DNA from: Octopus sinensis
Taxonomy: Eukaryota
Direction of reading: 5' to 3'
DNA length: 64,000 nucleotides
Assembly: GCF_006345805.1 (NCBI RefSeq)
Contig: NC_043002.1
Span: 89,528,001-89,592,000 of the forward strand
The position numbers and the translations under genes were made by a program. Of the stretch, positions 24,458 to 39,269 are shown piece by piece (the first letter of the stretch is position 1; each line of letters opens with the position of its first letter). Below the pieces are notes generated by a model. It made no database searches and had not been told where the DNA came from. It was given only the letters and a program-made list of their open reading frames with translations.

Positions 24458-25080
24458 AGCATCCTGCAAATGCTGCAAAACATTGCACTAGTATTCCTTG
24501 TTTACTGTCTGACCAAGTGGAGCATACTCATGATGAACAATGCCCTTGTAGTCAAAGAAAATGGTCAACAGTGTCTTCACATTGCTTTGACTCATTTGTG
24601 CTTTCTTGGTCTCGGAGATGTTGGGGTCTTCCCCTGGGAAGACTGAGCCTTTGTTTCAAGGTCATAGCCATAGACCCATGATTCATCATCCGTTATAGCC
24701 GTCTTCAAAAAGTTTTCATCATTCTCAACACAATCAAGGAGATCTTGTGCAACTGAAACCTGAGTGTCTCTTTTTGGTCAGCTGAAAACAGTTTTGGCTC
24801 AAACTTGGCAGACATGCGTCTCATACCCAAATCTTCAGGGATAATGAACTGAACTGAACTGTAACTAATCTGCACATCCTCTAATAACTCACAGATGGTG
24901 ATACAATAATTTCCCCTCACAACAGCATGCACATCTGCAATGTTTTTCTCAGTTCTGCTGGTTGCAGGTCTCCCAGAATGTTCGTCACGAATGGCATTTT
25001 TCAGCCATCTTTGAAACATCTGAACCACTCATACATTTGTGTGTGTCACATACACTCCTCTCCATACACTTTCTGCAATT
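24458..25080 (-). mobile_element. Degenerate mariner transposase fragment
   Basis: ORF 24705-25028 (SGRPATSRT...ITICEL...DLGMRRMSAKFEPKL) continues in another frame into ITDDESWVYGYDLETK, the mariner first-D motif region. Confidence 0.8.
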
Positions 25081-27437
25081 TCGTGTAGCCCTCTGAACAA
25101 GTATTGCAAAGCCTATTGCAAAATTTGATGCAGATTCTCTGCTCAACTTTCTCTGTCATGGTCAATGCAATAATCACACGCTACACGTGTTTTTTTTTCT
25201 AGCACTGCTGTAAATAGCAGAAGTGGGCTAGAATGTTAAAACTTAGTGCGCATGTACAAGGTCAATCTGTGCCACGTGGCTTCACTCTGCATGCTTTAGC
25301 TTTGTTATTGTGGCAGCAGTCCAGATACTTATTGATCAGACCACATATTTCATAATCCTTTTCTGTGCTACCACTTTTCTCTCCCCTGCCCAGAACTACT
25401 TCATTTGACATCCACTCTTCACTTTTAACACCGTCACTCACCATTCATATTTTACATTTATCACCCACCCTTCTGTGCTCCAAATTATCTCCCCCTTTCC
25501 TATGAATCACTTGATTTGTTTTTATGACCAGATATCTTCCACTCTCCCCACACAATACAGCTGTCTCTCCATTTATGTTCTTACAACATACCCATCTACA
25601 TGTCATCTCCATTTAATTCATTTCCTGTCTACTGTATTATTATTTATATTCTGCTGCTTTTCATTCCTTTCTGTACAGTCAGTCATCACTTACTCTGTTC
25701 CACCTTCCCTCTAACTCATATGTATCATTGAGTATGCCTTCACCCTGGTTCATCATTCAATTACATCCACCCCTTAAATTTACCAAAGCTTTACAGTCAT
25801 TATCAACTCTTTCTTACTGTCCTATCAACTCATAAATTTTATCAACTGTCCCCTCAATTCTTGTGTCATTCCTCATATTCACTTTTTTATGCATGACCCA
25901 TTTCTAACCATATCTCACTCACCCCGTACACTCTCGTAACCCTTACTCACCCACTCTTCCTATTCTTCCATTTCCACTCATGCTTCTATTCACCTTCTAC
26001 CTTGCATCTCATCACTACCATCTTTGTCTCTTTTTTTAAGTTTTATCCTCTGCCCCACTCTTGTTTAATGCAAGTAGCTAGGTATTTCCTCTACAACAAA
26101 AAACCTGTTCCAGCTCAGTTGTCTGCTTAGCATGGTTTCCAGCCTTTCATAGAAGTACTTCCATACCTTTTTCTTTTCAGAATCATTAAGTACAAGTATT
26201 CCATTATCCATTTGAACACAGTTTTATTCAAAAACATCTTACTTTTTCTCTGATACACTGCCTTGCAATCTAGAACACCTTATGCTTCTGGTCCTCATGT
26301 TGTAGAACATTGGCAAACCTACTTTCTGCTTCTCCTCTTGCTAAATAAACTTGTCAACTACCTACCTTGCAAACTACTTGGTATAATTTTCTGCTGTTCC
26401 CATTTTGCTAATCTTTTTTTAGGCTTATCTCTTCACTTTTATGCCTCTTACCAAGTCACCCTTGCACTGGCTGGAACTTTGCAATCTTAAAGTAGAATTT
26501 CAAGAACTAAAGTGGAATACATACTGGCTAATTATTAATGTTAACTAAATGATAATATATGCACATGCAGCAAAATATATTTCAAAACTATACCAAGACA
26601 TAGTACTTGCCAACAGATATGGATGAGAGTGGTGAACTACAATAGCTAGCCATATCTAGCCCAAATATTCTACCAGTTTAATGTTCAAACTGGTCAAATC
26701 TAGACTCTCACACTTACCTTATGATGTTATTCTAAAAATAAACAATGACATTGAAATCTTGAAACTGAGATAATGCATGATTAATTCAAAACAATGGGAA
26801 TAAATAAGCATTACATTTGACAGAATAATCTGAATGCTAAAGGGTTAAAAGTTAAAATAGGCAATTAGTGAAACTTACCTTCATTGATGTTCATTCCCTG
26901 GTTGACCTTGGTACAATAGGCGAACCTTAATATCCCACCAGTGGAAAATTACAGAATAGAAAGCAGGGAATGCTGCTCTTCCTTGTATAATTATTCATGA
27001 AATTTTCTTAAAATTTAAATATTTAAGTATTTGATATCTGAAAGTAACTCTTCAAGAACTAAAATGAAACATGTACTAATTAGCAATTAATATTAAGGTG
27101 GTCAGAAAAAGTTGGCAGAATCATTAGCACGCTGGGCAAAATGTTTAGCAGTATTTCATCTGTCTATGTTCTGAGTTCAAGCACTACTGAGGTCAGCTTT
27201 GCCTTTCATCCTTTCAGAGACGATAAAACAAGTACCAGTAGATTACCGAGGTCAATGTAATTGACTTACTCCTTCTTCTAAAATTGCAGGCCTTGTGCTA
27301 AAATTTGAAATCAATAATAATGCAATGAAAAAAGTACACACAGAAGGGAATGTCATACTCTCTTATTAGTTATTATTAATTATTATTAATTATAAAATTA
27401 TTAATGAAATGTAGAAATATTCATGCTTCAAGTAATA

Positions 27438-29165
27438 TTGGGTTGAGGTATAATTCATGAGCGTTTTTCAAAAATTTATTTTAAACAAAACAACTACTCC
27501 CCAAAAAACAGAACTCACAAATCTTTGAATAAAACTGTTTGAATAAAGCAATGCAGAGGGATAGATCGAGATGAATAGCGGTTCCAGCAAAATGGGGCTA
27601 CCCATCAAGCATCAAATGACTCCCTAGCCTGGCTGTGAGACTGATTTCGGGAGAGACTGGTCAGCAGGAAGTGTGATGTTGAGTGGGCACTGCTTTCACC
27701 GGACTTGAACCCCCCACCAGATTTTTATCTGTTGGGGTTATCTCAAGGATAATGTTTACCAGAACAACCCCAAAATGATTGGTGAACTGAAGGCAGTAAT
27801 CACAACAGAAATCAGGGAAATTCCCAGAGAGGAATGTGTTCGAGAAATTGACAATTTTGTGTGACATCTGCAAGTGTTTGTGCAATGTATGCCATTTGGA
27901 GTATATTTTGAAAAGAACATGACTTTCATGCAAAGGTAATGATTGCACACAGACTGAAGTTTAAGTCCAGCAAATTTCTTGAAATTTGCTGGACCTTTGT
28001 AGGATTTAATAGAATTTTTATGGGTTCTGGTTTTTTTTGGGGTCACCCTGTACAACAAATTAATTAATAATATACTCTCCATTGTTGTTTGTGACTTCGT
28101 TCGATTATTCAATAAGCTTGTCAATGCCTCGGTGATAGAAATTTCCCAGTCTTGAGTCAAAGAATTTGTCCAACCAAGCCCTCAATTCCATGTCATTATT
28201 GAATGATACACCATGCAAAGCATTTGAAAGTGGTTGAAAGAGATGAAAATCTGATTGTGCCAAGACAGGAGAGTATGGAGGATGAGGCAGCACTTCCCAT
28301 TCGAGTTCTTGATTCGCGGCTTTAACGACGGGCGTTGTCGTGTTGCAGAAAAATGCCATTTCGCTGATTCGATCTTTTTTGCTGAATTGCTTCGTTGAGT
28401 CAGAGCAGTTGTTGAAGGTAGAGCTCCGAGGATGAAGGTCTTGTTTTGCTCGTGGAGTCACTTGTTTGTCGGGGCTGAGCCATTCTTTTAGCTGCTTCAT
28501 TTTGATGTAAAGGTACCATTTTTCATCACCAGTGACAATGCTGTAAAGAAAACGTTTGTGACCATGCGATGTCAAGGAGCAAGCTGGTAGCGATTGTCGA
28601 GCATTGATTTTTGTTGTTTTTGCTCTAAGTGTGTGACACCCAAGTGCCAAGTTTCTGAACCTTGCCTATTGAATGAAGGTGGTTCACTACAGTTTTTTTA
28701 TTACAATCCATCTGCTCCACTAATTCTCTGGTTGTTTGACATGGATTTTCATGAAGTTGATTCAATTGCTCTTCATCAAACTCAATTAGCCAACCGGTGT
28801 GTGATCTGTCATTGAGGTCAAAATACCCATTTTTGAAGTGTAAAAACCAATGATGGGTGGTACTTTAAGGCATTAATCCTTCTCCATACACAGCACAAAC
28901 CTCATAAGCAACTTTGGCAGTCTTAACACCTTGATTAAAGACAAAAAGCAAATGGTGTCGAAAATGCTCAGTTTTATCTACTTGACATTCCAGTTTAGTG
29001 ATCTGAAAATTCACAAAATCCAATAAAATTAAAAAATCAAAGCACACTATGTTGTAGAGCAAAGAATTCTCTTTCAAATAACATAAAACATTTTGCCAAT
29101 GCATTTTATTTCTGCGTGCATTTTTAAATTTGAAATAAATGCTCATTAATTATTCCTCAACCCAA
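27438..29165 (-). mobile_element. Mariner (DD34D-type) element with TIRs and TA flanks, frameshifted
   Basis: TIR ttgggttgagg(t/a)ataatt(c/a)atgagc at both ends with TA outside; ORFs 28865-29146 (HFRHHLLFVFNQG) and 28105-28650 (IVTGDEKW...VLPHPPYSPVLAQSDFHLF). Confidence 0.85.
27580..28052 (+). mobile_element. 3' half of a second Tc1/mariner-superfamily element nested in the mariner
   Basis: Reads RFQQNGATHQ...EWALLSPDLNPP-DFYLLGYLKDNVY; ends ggtcaccctgta (CAGGGTG-type TIR plus TA). Confidence 0.7.
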
Positions 29166-29732
29166 TATACACCAATACTTAATTGGGCAGATGTGGTAAA
29201 AAGTTAACTTCCTAACCTCATGGTTCCAGGTTCAGTCCCACTGCCTAACACCTTGGGCAAGTGTCTTCTACTATCACCCCAGACTGATCAAAGATTTGCG
29301 ATTGGATGCAGTAGATGGAAACTGAAAGAAGCCTGTTGCATGAGTGTGCATGTGTATATATATTGTTCAAGTGACCATTCCTAAAGTGTGAAAACCACTC
29401 ATAAACTTGTGATTTGCTCATCCTTGTAAGTTGTTTGAAGCATGATAACTGGTTTGGCTGTTGTTTTCCTCAGATGGAAACAGAATTTCATGGAAGCAAG
29501 CTGTTCCTTCATTTCAGCCATTGCAAAAATTGATGAATAGGGGAGAAGCATTGCAAATCAAAGATGCGCTACATAGCAGTATGGCTTCACTTGATGACAC
29601 TGGTTGACAAACTGATGCCTGGCAGAAATCTGAACTACAACGGACTTGTCCCATAGAGAAGGTTTCTTGTTACTTTTGGTTTCCTCCTTGTATGTATGAA
29701 TGTATTATTGTGTGTATGTATGCATGTATGTG

Positions 29733-29764
<32 letters not shown>

Positions 29765-29776
29765 TGCATGCATGTC

Positions 29777-29808
<32 letters not shown>

Positions 29809-30313
29809 TGTATGTATGTATGTATGTATGTATGTATGCATGCATGCATGTGTGTATGTGCTGACAGTAGTGTAAGAGATACAGAATGTAATAGAATGTA
29901 ATTGAACAATAGAAGAATAAGGATTTCTCACATAACTGCAAAAGGAGAAAATGGAAAGATGTGTCTTTCATTCCTTTGAAAAGAATATCCATGATTCAAG
30001 TGAATGGAGTTTTCATTCAGGATTGCAAGCAAACAGAAGGGCTCAGCATTGCATCATTACAACTGTCAAAATCAATGGGACTAGAAAACCAAGACTTCTC
30101 TTCCTTTCATCTCCTCTCTCTCTCTTATTCATTCATATTTTCATCTTATATATGGCTCCAGTATCACCCCCCACCCAGTTTCTTTATTTCTCTCAGTCTC
30201 TTTAGACACTCTATCTTTCTTAGACTCTAATTGTCTTATGCTTTTTTTCTCTACCTTAACATCTCTTTCTATCTTTTTTCTCATGTGTTACTACCTTTTC
30301 TACCCCTCCCATT

Positions 30314-30393
<80 letters not shown>

Positions 30394-31881
30394 CTCTCTC
30401 TCTCTCTCTCTTTCTCTCATTATTTGTTCACTATTTTTGGACATCAGTTTAGCCATCCGTGTTCTATTTCCATTATACTCTCATTGAATTCACGCCCTAT
30501 TGATTACAAGGTTTCCTGGAAACTATTTTCACTTCAATTTCATTCCAAATTTTGACTGCAAAGCCTTTTGTCTTTCTTTGTCTCATTGCATTTCAATTTC
30601 CAGTATAAACGAAAATCTGTTATTTTGTTTGGAGTGTATTTCAAATACCTTTTTATACCATTGCTAGAGAAGCAAGGTCAAATAATGTCAACAGAAGAGA
30701 TATTATTATAAATTACATCAGTTTGTTGCTGTTTCTATTATGTGGCTTTCACATATTCTTACTAATGTAAATTTGGACTAAAACCTTCAAAAGGAAATTA
30801 CAAATTTACATTAGTTTTTACAGATATAGTGTTATTATAAATGTGTGTGTGAAAGCAAGAGAGTGACGGAGCATACACCTAGAAAGCTATGTATTACTAT
30901 TTATAATAGGTGTGTGTGTGGGGGGTTTCTCTGTTGCTCAGCAGCTCTCTCTTTCTCTCTCTGTATTAACATACATACATGCATACAGGCATACACACAT
31001 GCACACACACACACACGTATATATATTTATAAGCATACACACACACAAACAATGGAAAAGCTGTATGGAAATGAAAAAAAGAACACACAACACATATTGT
31101 GGAAGTGAAAAATGTGTATATGATTGACTTAATATTGTATAAGATCTATAGATGTAAATCTGTATGTCTAATTTGTCAGATGCATTGGAATCCCAAGTAT
31201 AAGTTGTTTCTGAGCTAGGTGATCAGGTAAATACAGGTAAGGAAATATCTATGTTTCATTTTTCCATGTTAACATGAGTTCAGATAAGGATAAGGAATTA
31301 TGTGAGGCAGAAGTTTAAGACTGGATGTTCTTCCTGTCACCAACCCACACTTGTTTTCAAGTAAGGTTTTCAGAGGTCTTTGAAAGCAAAGAGACTGGTA
31401 ATAAAGTCAACAAGGAATGTCAACGTCACCACTATTCTGCTCAAGCAGTGACAAATGCAGAATGTCAACATTCATACAAATTTTCAAACACATAGATACT
31501 TCATCTCCACTACCTATCTCTCTGGAGCTCCTACAGACCATTGTCTTTCTCTCTTTCTAATTGTGAGTAACCATACAACTCCTCTTCAGTGACCTGTTCT
31601 GCCATCCACCACCTCTCTCATACTTCGTCTCCTAACATAAAGCCAACCCCCACTTGCTTGAGGTTTGTAGTCTTACAAGTTACATAGCAATCTTAATAGT
31701 GCAGGTAGTATGAAAAAAGCACCTCCCCACTACACACAATAAAGTGGTTGGCATCAAGAACTGTTGAAACTATGCCAAAGCAGACATTGAAACACAATGG
31801 AATTCTTGGATCAAGTGGATCCTGTCAAACCACCCAACACATGGTCACATGGAACATGAACACTAAATAATGAAAACAATG

Positions 31882-31941
<60 letters not shown>

Positions 31942-32205
31942 TTAGGACTCTTTTACTCTTTTACTTGTTTCGGTCATGTGACTGTAACCATGCTGGAGCA
32001 CCACCTTTAGTCGAGCAAATCAACCCCAGGACTTATTCTTTGTAAGCCTAGTACTTATTCTATCGCTCTCTTTTGCCAAAATACGAAGTAAGGGAGCATA
32101 AACACACCAGCATCGGTGGTCAATCGATATTGGGGGGACAAACACAGACACACACACATACACACACACACACACATACACACACACACATATATATATA
32201 TATAC

Positions 32206-32248
<43 letters not shown>

Positions 32249-35200
32249 TACGACTGGCTTCTTTCAGTTTCCATCTACCAAATCCACTCACAAGGCTTTG
32301 GTTGGCCTGAGGCTATAGTAGAAGATACTTGCCCAAGGTGCCACACAGTGGGACTGAACCTGGAACCATGTGGTTGGTAAGCAAGTTACTTACCACACAC
32401 CCACTCCTACGCCTATATATTATTTTATTCTGGCTTCTTTTAGGTACCCTCTCGTACATATATGCTTACATACACACATGCATACTTGTGCGAATGTATC
32501 TTTTATCATTTACTTGTTTCAGTTGTTAGACTGCAGTCATGCTGGGGCACCATCTTGAACAAAGTGGAAAAATGAGTAGAAGATGCACACTTTCCAACAA
32601 AGATTGTTTGAAGTGACAAGGTTAAATGGTTCAATTAACCACCACAATTGCACCTACTAAGGAAATAAGAATCCATATATTATGGAGGAACATCATGTTA
32701 ATTTACTAGGAGTTTCAGTAAAGTGCAGCTTCTCATTAAGAAGATTAATTGGACCATTCTTTTTTCACTGTACTATGACTGGTCCCATTTACTTGAACTT
32801 GCCATGATAATCTGTTGTTGTGGGAATGTTCAGCAGTCACATGACTACACCCAATGTCATGATTTGCTAGGATATTTCGCATGTGATCAACAAAATCTGA
32901 CCAATCACGACTTCAAGCGAATAGGTTCCAGCGACAATTTCATTTTTTGGCACATTTCCTTCTGAGCCCATCCATCAGTATAAATTTGGCACAACTTGAC
33001 TTCTAGACAGAGAGCGAGCTTTGGGATGTAGCAGAGAGAACACTGAGAGACAACAGAGATGAGACAGCAAATAGATGACAAACAGATGCAGACAGCAGCT
33101 GACAACAAACTTAATGAACAACTGGTGACAGTAACATGACCAGAAGTTAACTTTTTGACTACTATTTCAATTACACCAAGAATAATAATATTCAAACTCT
33201 CTCTATATTTTGTCATTCATAGTAACCTTCTCCAGTGTTCTTCTTTAACAGTAACATCACACATTCAAGAAGACTTTGAAGATGTGGAGTTTTATTTCCA
33301 GCCATATGGGGCATCCTCACCCTATCATAGTAATGAAAGAGCCTGCCACGATGAGATTTTGCTAAGCAGATATATTGGACAAAGAGGTTCAGTAGAAAGC
33401 CTTCGATGTTCATTGGACCACATACCACAAGACTTTTTTATGGAGATGCTTCAAAGATAAAGTTTATGGTACAAAATTGTTGACAGTTGATATATTGAGG
33501 GTAACCAGTGAATGAGAATGTAAACAAATACTAAATGCTTGTGATTCCATTGCTTTGCATTATCAGCTGTACTTGGACCAGAACTGACATCAGTGTGAAA
33601 ACAGGCATCTATATTATAATGGAGAAAACTGCTTATTTATTAATTGGAATTATGTAACTTTTAAAAAAATGCAATTATTAAATTCTCCATTGCCCAGAAA
33701 AATTTTAAAATTCCAGTTTTAATATATTTTTATCAATGTATGCTTTTCAAGTTTCTTTTCAAATAAACAGTTAATTTTAATTTGGTGTCAGCATTTTTCA
33801 AAATCTTAAAATGCAAGGCAGGAAATACGACTGTCTCTACTACCTTACTGCCTTCTCTCTCTTTCCATCTCTTCTTTGTTTATATATTTGTGATAGTTAA
33901 TTCTTTTGATGAAACATCCACTGAATGGGAATAAAAAATATCATTTCCCATCTCTGTACATCTGAAGCTGTGTGTTTATATAGTTTAGGTTATTAATACA
34001 TTTTAGTATTAATATTTGGTATAAATATAAATGTTGATGCAAAAGAATAAGTTAGAACCAAAAGCAAGTTTTTCAGTGTGATTTTTTTTGCAGTACATCC
34101 CTTAAAACACTTTGAACATCAGAGTATCTGAATCTGAATTTTTTTTGAATAACATGTTTTTTTTTATTACAAACTAGTCATCAAAATATATATATGAAAC
34201 AAACTATATTAATACACATAAGCCTTAAGTGCAAATGAAATATATCTGTATACAAAACAAAATATATATCCATGCATAATTATTATATAAAAAATATATT
34301 TATATACTTTCGATGTTACTTCAATTTTAACCAGCAAAGTGAGTTACACATATGAGCCTAATGCATACACAAACACAGAAAACACTTTATTTGCCTCGAA
34401 TGTAACAACTATTTGGGGGGAAGATTTAATGGGGTAATCTGAATTAATCTTAGCCCATCCTTAATATGAACGTCACTCCAAATTATCAGGGAGGTCAGCT
34501 GAAAATGTGGGAGGGTGGAAGGATCTGAAATTGTTACAGGGGCATAATCTGAAAAAAAAAATGTAAAAACCAGAGGCGGATTTGTTGGTATGGCCATTTG
34601 ATTGGCCTTAGAATATACCCATGTGAGCCTTGCTATTTCTTGCATATCAAATGACCATGTAAAGGATGGATTACTTTTGAACTTCTTTGAAAGAGAGAGA
34701 TTAAGACTGCAAAAAAAAATAATGAAAGAAATATTTACTGAGTTAGTGAGTACTATTAGACAAATAAAAATTAGATGTAATATATCAGAAAAATTACACA
34801 GATTGGGAATCAAATATGTATATATTTAATAATTTAGCCACTAGCAGAAAAATGCCTGGGTGGCAGTTTTTTTCTCCTTGCTCATAAAAATATCAAATTC
34901 TGTCCAAAGAAGATGAAATGTATTTCAATAAATGCTGACTTTATAATCATTCAATGTGTGTATATATTTTAAGGACACTTTGTAAACATACATACATACA
35001 TGCACATGTGTGCACACACACTCATACTTACACACACACATGCACACAGACTTCAGTTAAGAAGTTTGTTTCACAATCACATTCACAATCACATTCAGTT
35101 CCACTGTCTTCTACCATAACCTTGAGTCTTGTGAATTGTCTGTTATTTGTGTCAGTCATTTGACTGCAGCCATGTTGGAGCACCGCCTTGAAGGCTTTTA

Positions 35201-35396
35201 GTTGAAGAAATCAACTCCAAGACTTATTTCTTAAGCCTAGTACTTATTGTATGGTCTTTTTTGCCAAACTGTTAAGTTACAGGGATGTAAACACACCAAC
35301 AAACCTGTTGTTAAATGGTGATGGGGGCACAATCACACATACACACATAAATACATACATACTTACATACATACAAATACATACATACATACATAC

Positions 35397-35431
<35 letters not shown>

Positions 35432-36077
35432 TGTATGTATGTATGTATGTATGTATGTATGTATGTATGTATGTATGTATGTGTATATATATATATATGA
35501 CAGGCTTCTTTCAGTTTCCGTCTACCAAATCCACTCACAAGACTATGGTCATTCTGAGGCTACTGTGGAAGACACGCGACCAAGGTGTCTCGCAACTAGC
35601 CAGCTCTATGTCAAACTGTCCAACTCATGCCAGCATGAAAAGTGGATATTAAACGACGATGATGATGATATATGTAAGTATATATGCATAGTGCATGTAT
35701 ACACACACATATACTTATATCTGTATGCTTACATGCACACATATTTAAACATATATATATATGTGTACAAGCTGGAGCACCACCTTTAGTTGAACAAATT
35801 GGCCCCAGAACTTATTCTTCATAAGCCTAGTACTTATTCTATCGGTCTTTTTTGCTGAACCATTAAGTTTATGGGGATGTAAACACACCAACATCGGTTC
35901 TCAAGCGATGATGGGGGGACAAACACAAACATATGTGTGTGTGTGTATATGTATATGTATATGACAGGCTTCTTTCAGTTTCTGTCTACCAAATCCACTT
36001 ACAAGGCTTTGGTCAGCCCGAGGCTATAGCAGAAGACAGTGGAACTGAACCCAGAACCATGTGGTAGGGAAGCCGTG

Positions 36078-36314
36078 CCTGGAGACATTGATATCGAGTC
36101 CCACTATGTGCTAGAACTCAGAGCACAGATCGAGCAAGCTCTGTAGTCCCCTTTTCATGCTGGAGACCAGTACTATGTCATCCGTGTATGCCAGGCCTGC
36201 CAAGGTAGCCCTGTCAACATGCAAACCACAGCTGCTGGGAAGTGCATCCAGCAATGTGTTGGTCACAATGTTGAAGAGGAGCAGCGAGAGAATCCCCCTG
36301 TTGGACACCCCATT

Positions 36315-36315
<1 letters not shown>
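36078..36315 (-). mobile_element. Short non-LTR reverse transcriptase fragment (R2/NeSL-like appearance)
   Basis: WGVQQGDSL, frameshift, then SLLLFNIVTNTLLDALP...GLAYTDDIVLVSSMKRGLQSLLDLCSEF*HIVGLDIN: RT motifs QGD, YxDD and GLxIN. Confidence 0.65.
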
Positions 36316-36353
<38 letters not shown>

Positions 36354-37974
36354 GTACCTGTGTCGGTGGCACATAAAAAACACCATCCGAGCGTGGCTGT
36401 CTGCCAGCCTCGTCTGGCACCTGTGTCGGTGGCACATAAAATCACCCACTACACTCTCGGAGTGGTTGGCGTTAGGAAGGGCATCCAGCTATAGAAACAC
36501 TGCCAGATCTGACTGGCCTGGTGCAGCCTTCGGGCTTGCCAGACCCCAGTTGAACCGTCCAACCCATGCTAGCATGGAAAGTGGATGTTAAATGATGATG
36601 ATGATGATGATGATATATATATATATGCATATATTATTATTAATAATAATGTGTATGAAGACTTGCTCATCCACAAAATTTATTTTATATATAATTTTAT
36701 ACAACATATTATAATCACTAATACATGTTTCTGCTGCACTGACTATTCACAGTTGCAGACAATTTTTACTGTCCAGCGAAGTGTACATGCAATTACCCAT
36801 TGGAAGAATTCACAGAGTGACTAGCAACAAATAGTGGTTACAGATGTCAAATACTGATCGAAGTGGATAATGGTTAAATGGAACTTTAATGAGAACCAAT
36901 ACAGTATCCACCCAGATAATATATACCTCCTTTATGCATATATAAATCTCTGTTGATTCCACGGAAGTGATGAATTACAGGGCTCAATACAAATGTAAAA
37001 TATTCGTATCATACATTCTTACTGAAAGGCTCTTATTTCTAATACTCCAAGTTACTTGTTTCTGGCCATCAGCTGGTAAATCAACCCTGGTTTTCTTTTT
37101 TAATATCCATTGAGTGAATATTTTTTGAAATATGAAATGTAAGTTTGAAGGAAATGCTTTTCCTTATATCCTTTTGTTTGAAACTTTTGTAAACGACGTG
37201 TGTGATAGCGACTGCTTCAAGCTCACACTTTTGATTTCATTTCTGGTTCTCATAGTATTATTATTATAAACGTCATAAACTCCATGCACTTGAAGTCATG
37301 GAATTGCTTAGGTGTTTAAGCAATGTTCCAAAATGATACTTTTAAGCAATATTTCTTAATTAATTTAATGTATTCAATTTAATGTCTTTAAAAGCAATGA
37401 GTGTGGATGTGGTTATTCATTTTGCATGTACCTGTGCCTGTGCAGATGCATACATATATACATATGTACACAAATAGACATACATATATTTACACAGAAT
37501 TATATATTCATGCAGACAGCCAGTGCCGCCTTGACTGGCTTCCGTGCAGGTGGCACGTAAAATGCACCAATCCGCCCGTGGCCGATGCCAGCCTCGCCTG
37601 GCTCCAGTGCAGGTGGCACGTAAAAAGCACCCACTACACTCACGGAGTGGTTGGCGTTAGGAAGGGCATCCAGCTGTAGAAACATTGCCAGATAAGACCG
37701 GAGCCTGGGGCAGCCTTCTGGCTTCCCAGATCCTCGGTCGAACTGTCCAACCCATGCTAGCATGGAAAACGGACGTTAAACGATGATGATGATGATGATA
37801 TATATATATATATACATGTAAACAAATACACATATGCTTATATAGATATGTTCACACCGAGAGTTGTACATATACATATTAAAACATATATCAATAAAAC
37901 CTATTAATCAAACATTCTGAAAACCAATGTTTTTTCCTGAACCAGAATGAAATTAAAGGAGGCTTGTATTTGAC

Positions 37975-38390
37975 TAAAAGATTTTTATCCATATGCATAC
38001 AAGATGTTAACAGCTCATTTCTTTTTGCTCAAACAAAGGTCATACTATATTTTGATTGGAAACCCCCATTCCCGTAAGGCTGAACATTATCTATAAAAGA
38101 CCAGGTAATTTTGAATCTATGAGGACTTGTCTCATGCAAGAACCATCACATTTTCTGTCTGAGTTGATGAATGTTTATGTTTATAATAACGGTTTTTGAA
38201 TGTGTGTTCCTTTACCCTATCATATGTTTTAAGCTGATCACTGGTGTTTGATTCAATCTTTGCACTGTATACTATTGACTTGCCAGACAGCTACAGTCTA
38301 GTGGACAGTTCTCATGAATTCTAAAGTTACATGATCTTTGATGACTAGCTGTTTGCATCTCTTGTCTATTCAGCTTCTTAGCATTATGAC
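37975..38390 (-). mobile_element. Decayed Penelope-like element, GIY-YIG endonuclease region
   Basis: With frameshifts: HNAKKLN...SCNFR...CPLDCSCL / SIVYSAKI / TFKNRYYKHK / YDLCLSKK / SCMHMDKNLL, in the order expected for the CxCR..CPL..CL..IVY..FK.RY..H..CxLCLxEK..C.H region. Confidence 0.6.
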
Positions 38391-39269
38391 CTGAAGTAAG
38401 ACCCAAAAGTTTTGCAAGCTGAATAGCTCCTATTCAATAGTTCCTATTAAATATTTTTTTATACTTATGCCCTTTATATGTGTGTGAGAGATTTTGGTAC
38501 AAGTTCAGTTTTTTTGTTAAAAAGTGATGAAGTCAGTTGGATCAACCACAGTTAATTACTGATTCTAATTTTACTCGAAATTGTCTTTTGATGATAACAG
38601 TCAGTGAGATTAAGTTTAAGTTAAGGGGATTTTAGCCTTAATCTGGCTGTCATTTTTCTAGAATATTATTACCATTTTATCTTGAATCCCTAAAATGGGA
38701 GACTTGGTGACTGTCCATGACAAGTTTAATAGTGTTTCTGTCTCTGTTTCCATGTGCATGTGTGTTCTCTACACACTTAGCCACATGCACACACCCACAC
38801 ATGCCTACATACACTCACATACACACACATACACACGTACACCATGCACACATGCATACACATGGAGTAATCATTGAGGTTTAGGCTTCATGGTAAAAAG
38901 AGGAAATTTCAGCAATGATGATGATAATGTTCAAGTAATTACCCTCCCCCAGTTCAAAGTATTATGGAAATGTTAAAAAATTTCCAAACTAACAAATGAC
39001 AAAATGATAGAACTTAAGAGCCAGTTTTGGTTTCCATTTATTTTCATGGATTTCAACAATGGAAATGCAATTTATATATTTTAAGTAATGTAAATGGAAG
39101 TAGGCAAAGCTTGTCTAGAATAGAATAATATTGTTATAAATGATGACAGTAAAACATTAAAAAAATGCTTTCAACTGAAATACACGGGGATGAAAAACCT
39201 TAATACTCCCATTTTTTTTATGGCTGTAAATACTGAATTGGCAATAATGAGCTTTTTTTCAGAACATAA

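Noticed and set aside
26879-26925. Strong minus-strand donor AAG|gtaagt with a possible 47-nt exon
   Set aside because: Weak acceptor and a stop codon when joined to the 44.6-kb candidate exon.
32750-33460. Possible ancient Tc1-like transposase
   Set aside because: Only vague resemblance (MVCG); no DDE or SPDLNPIE motif and no TIR found.
34409-34829. 134-aa (-) and 75-aa (+) ORFs
   Set aside because: No recognisable motif and no consistent splice model.
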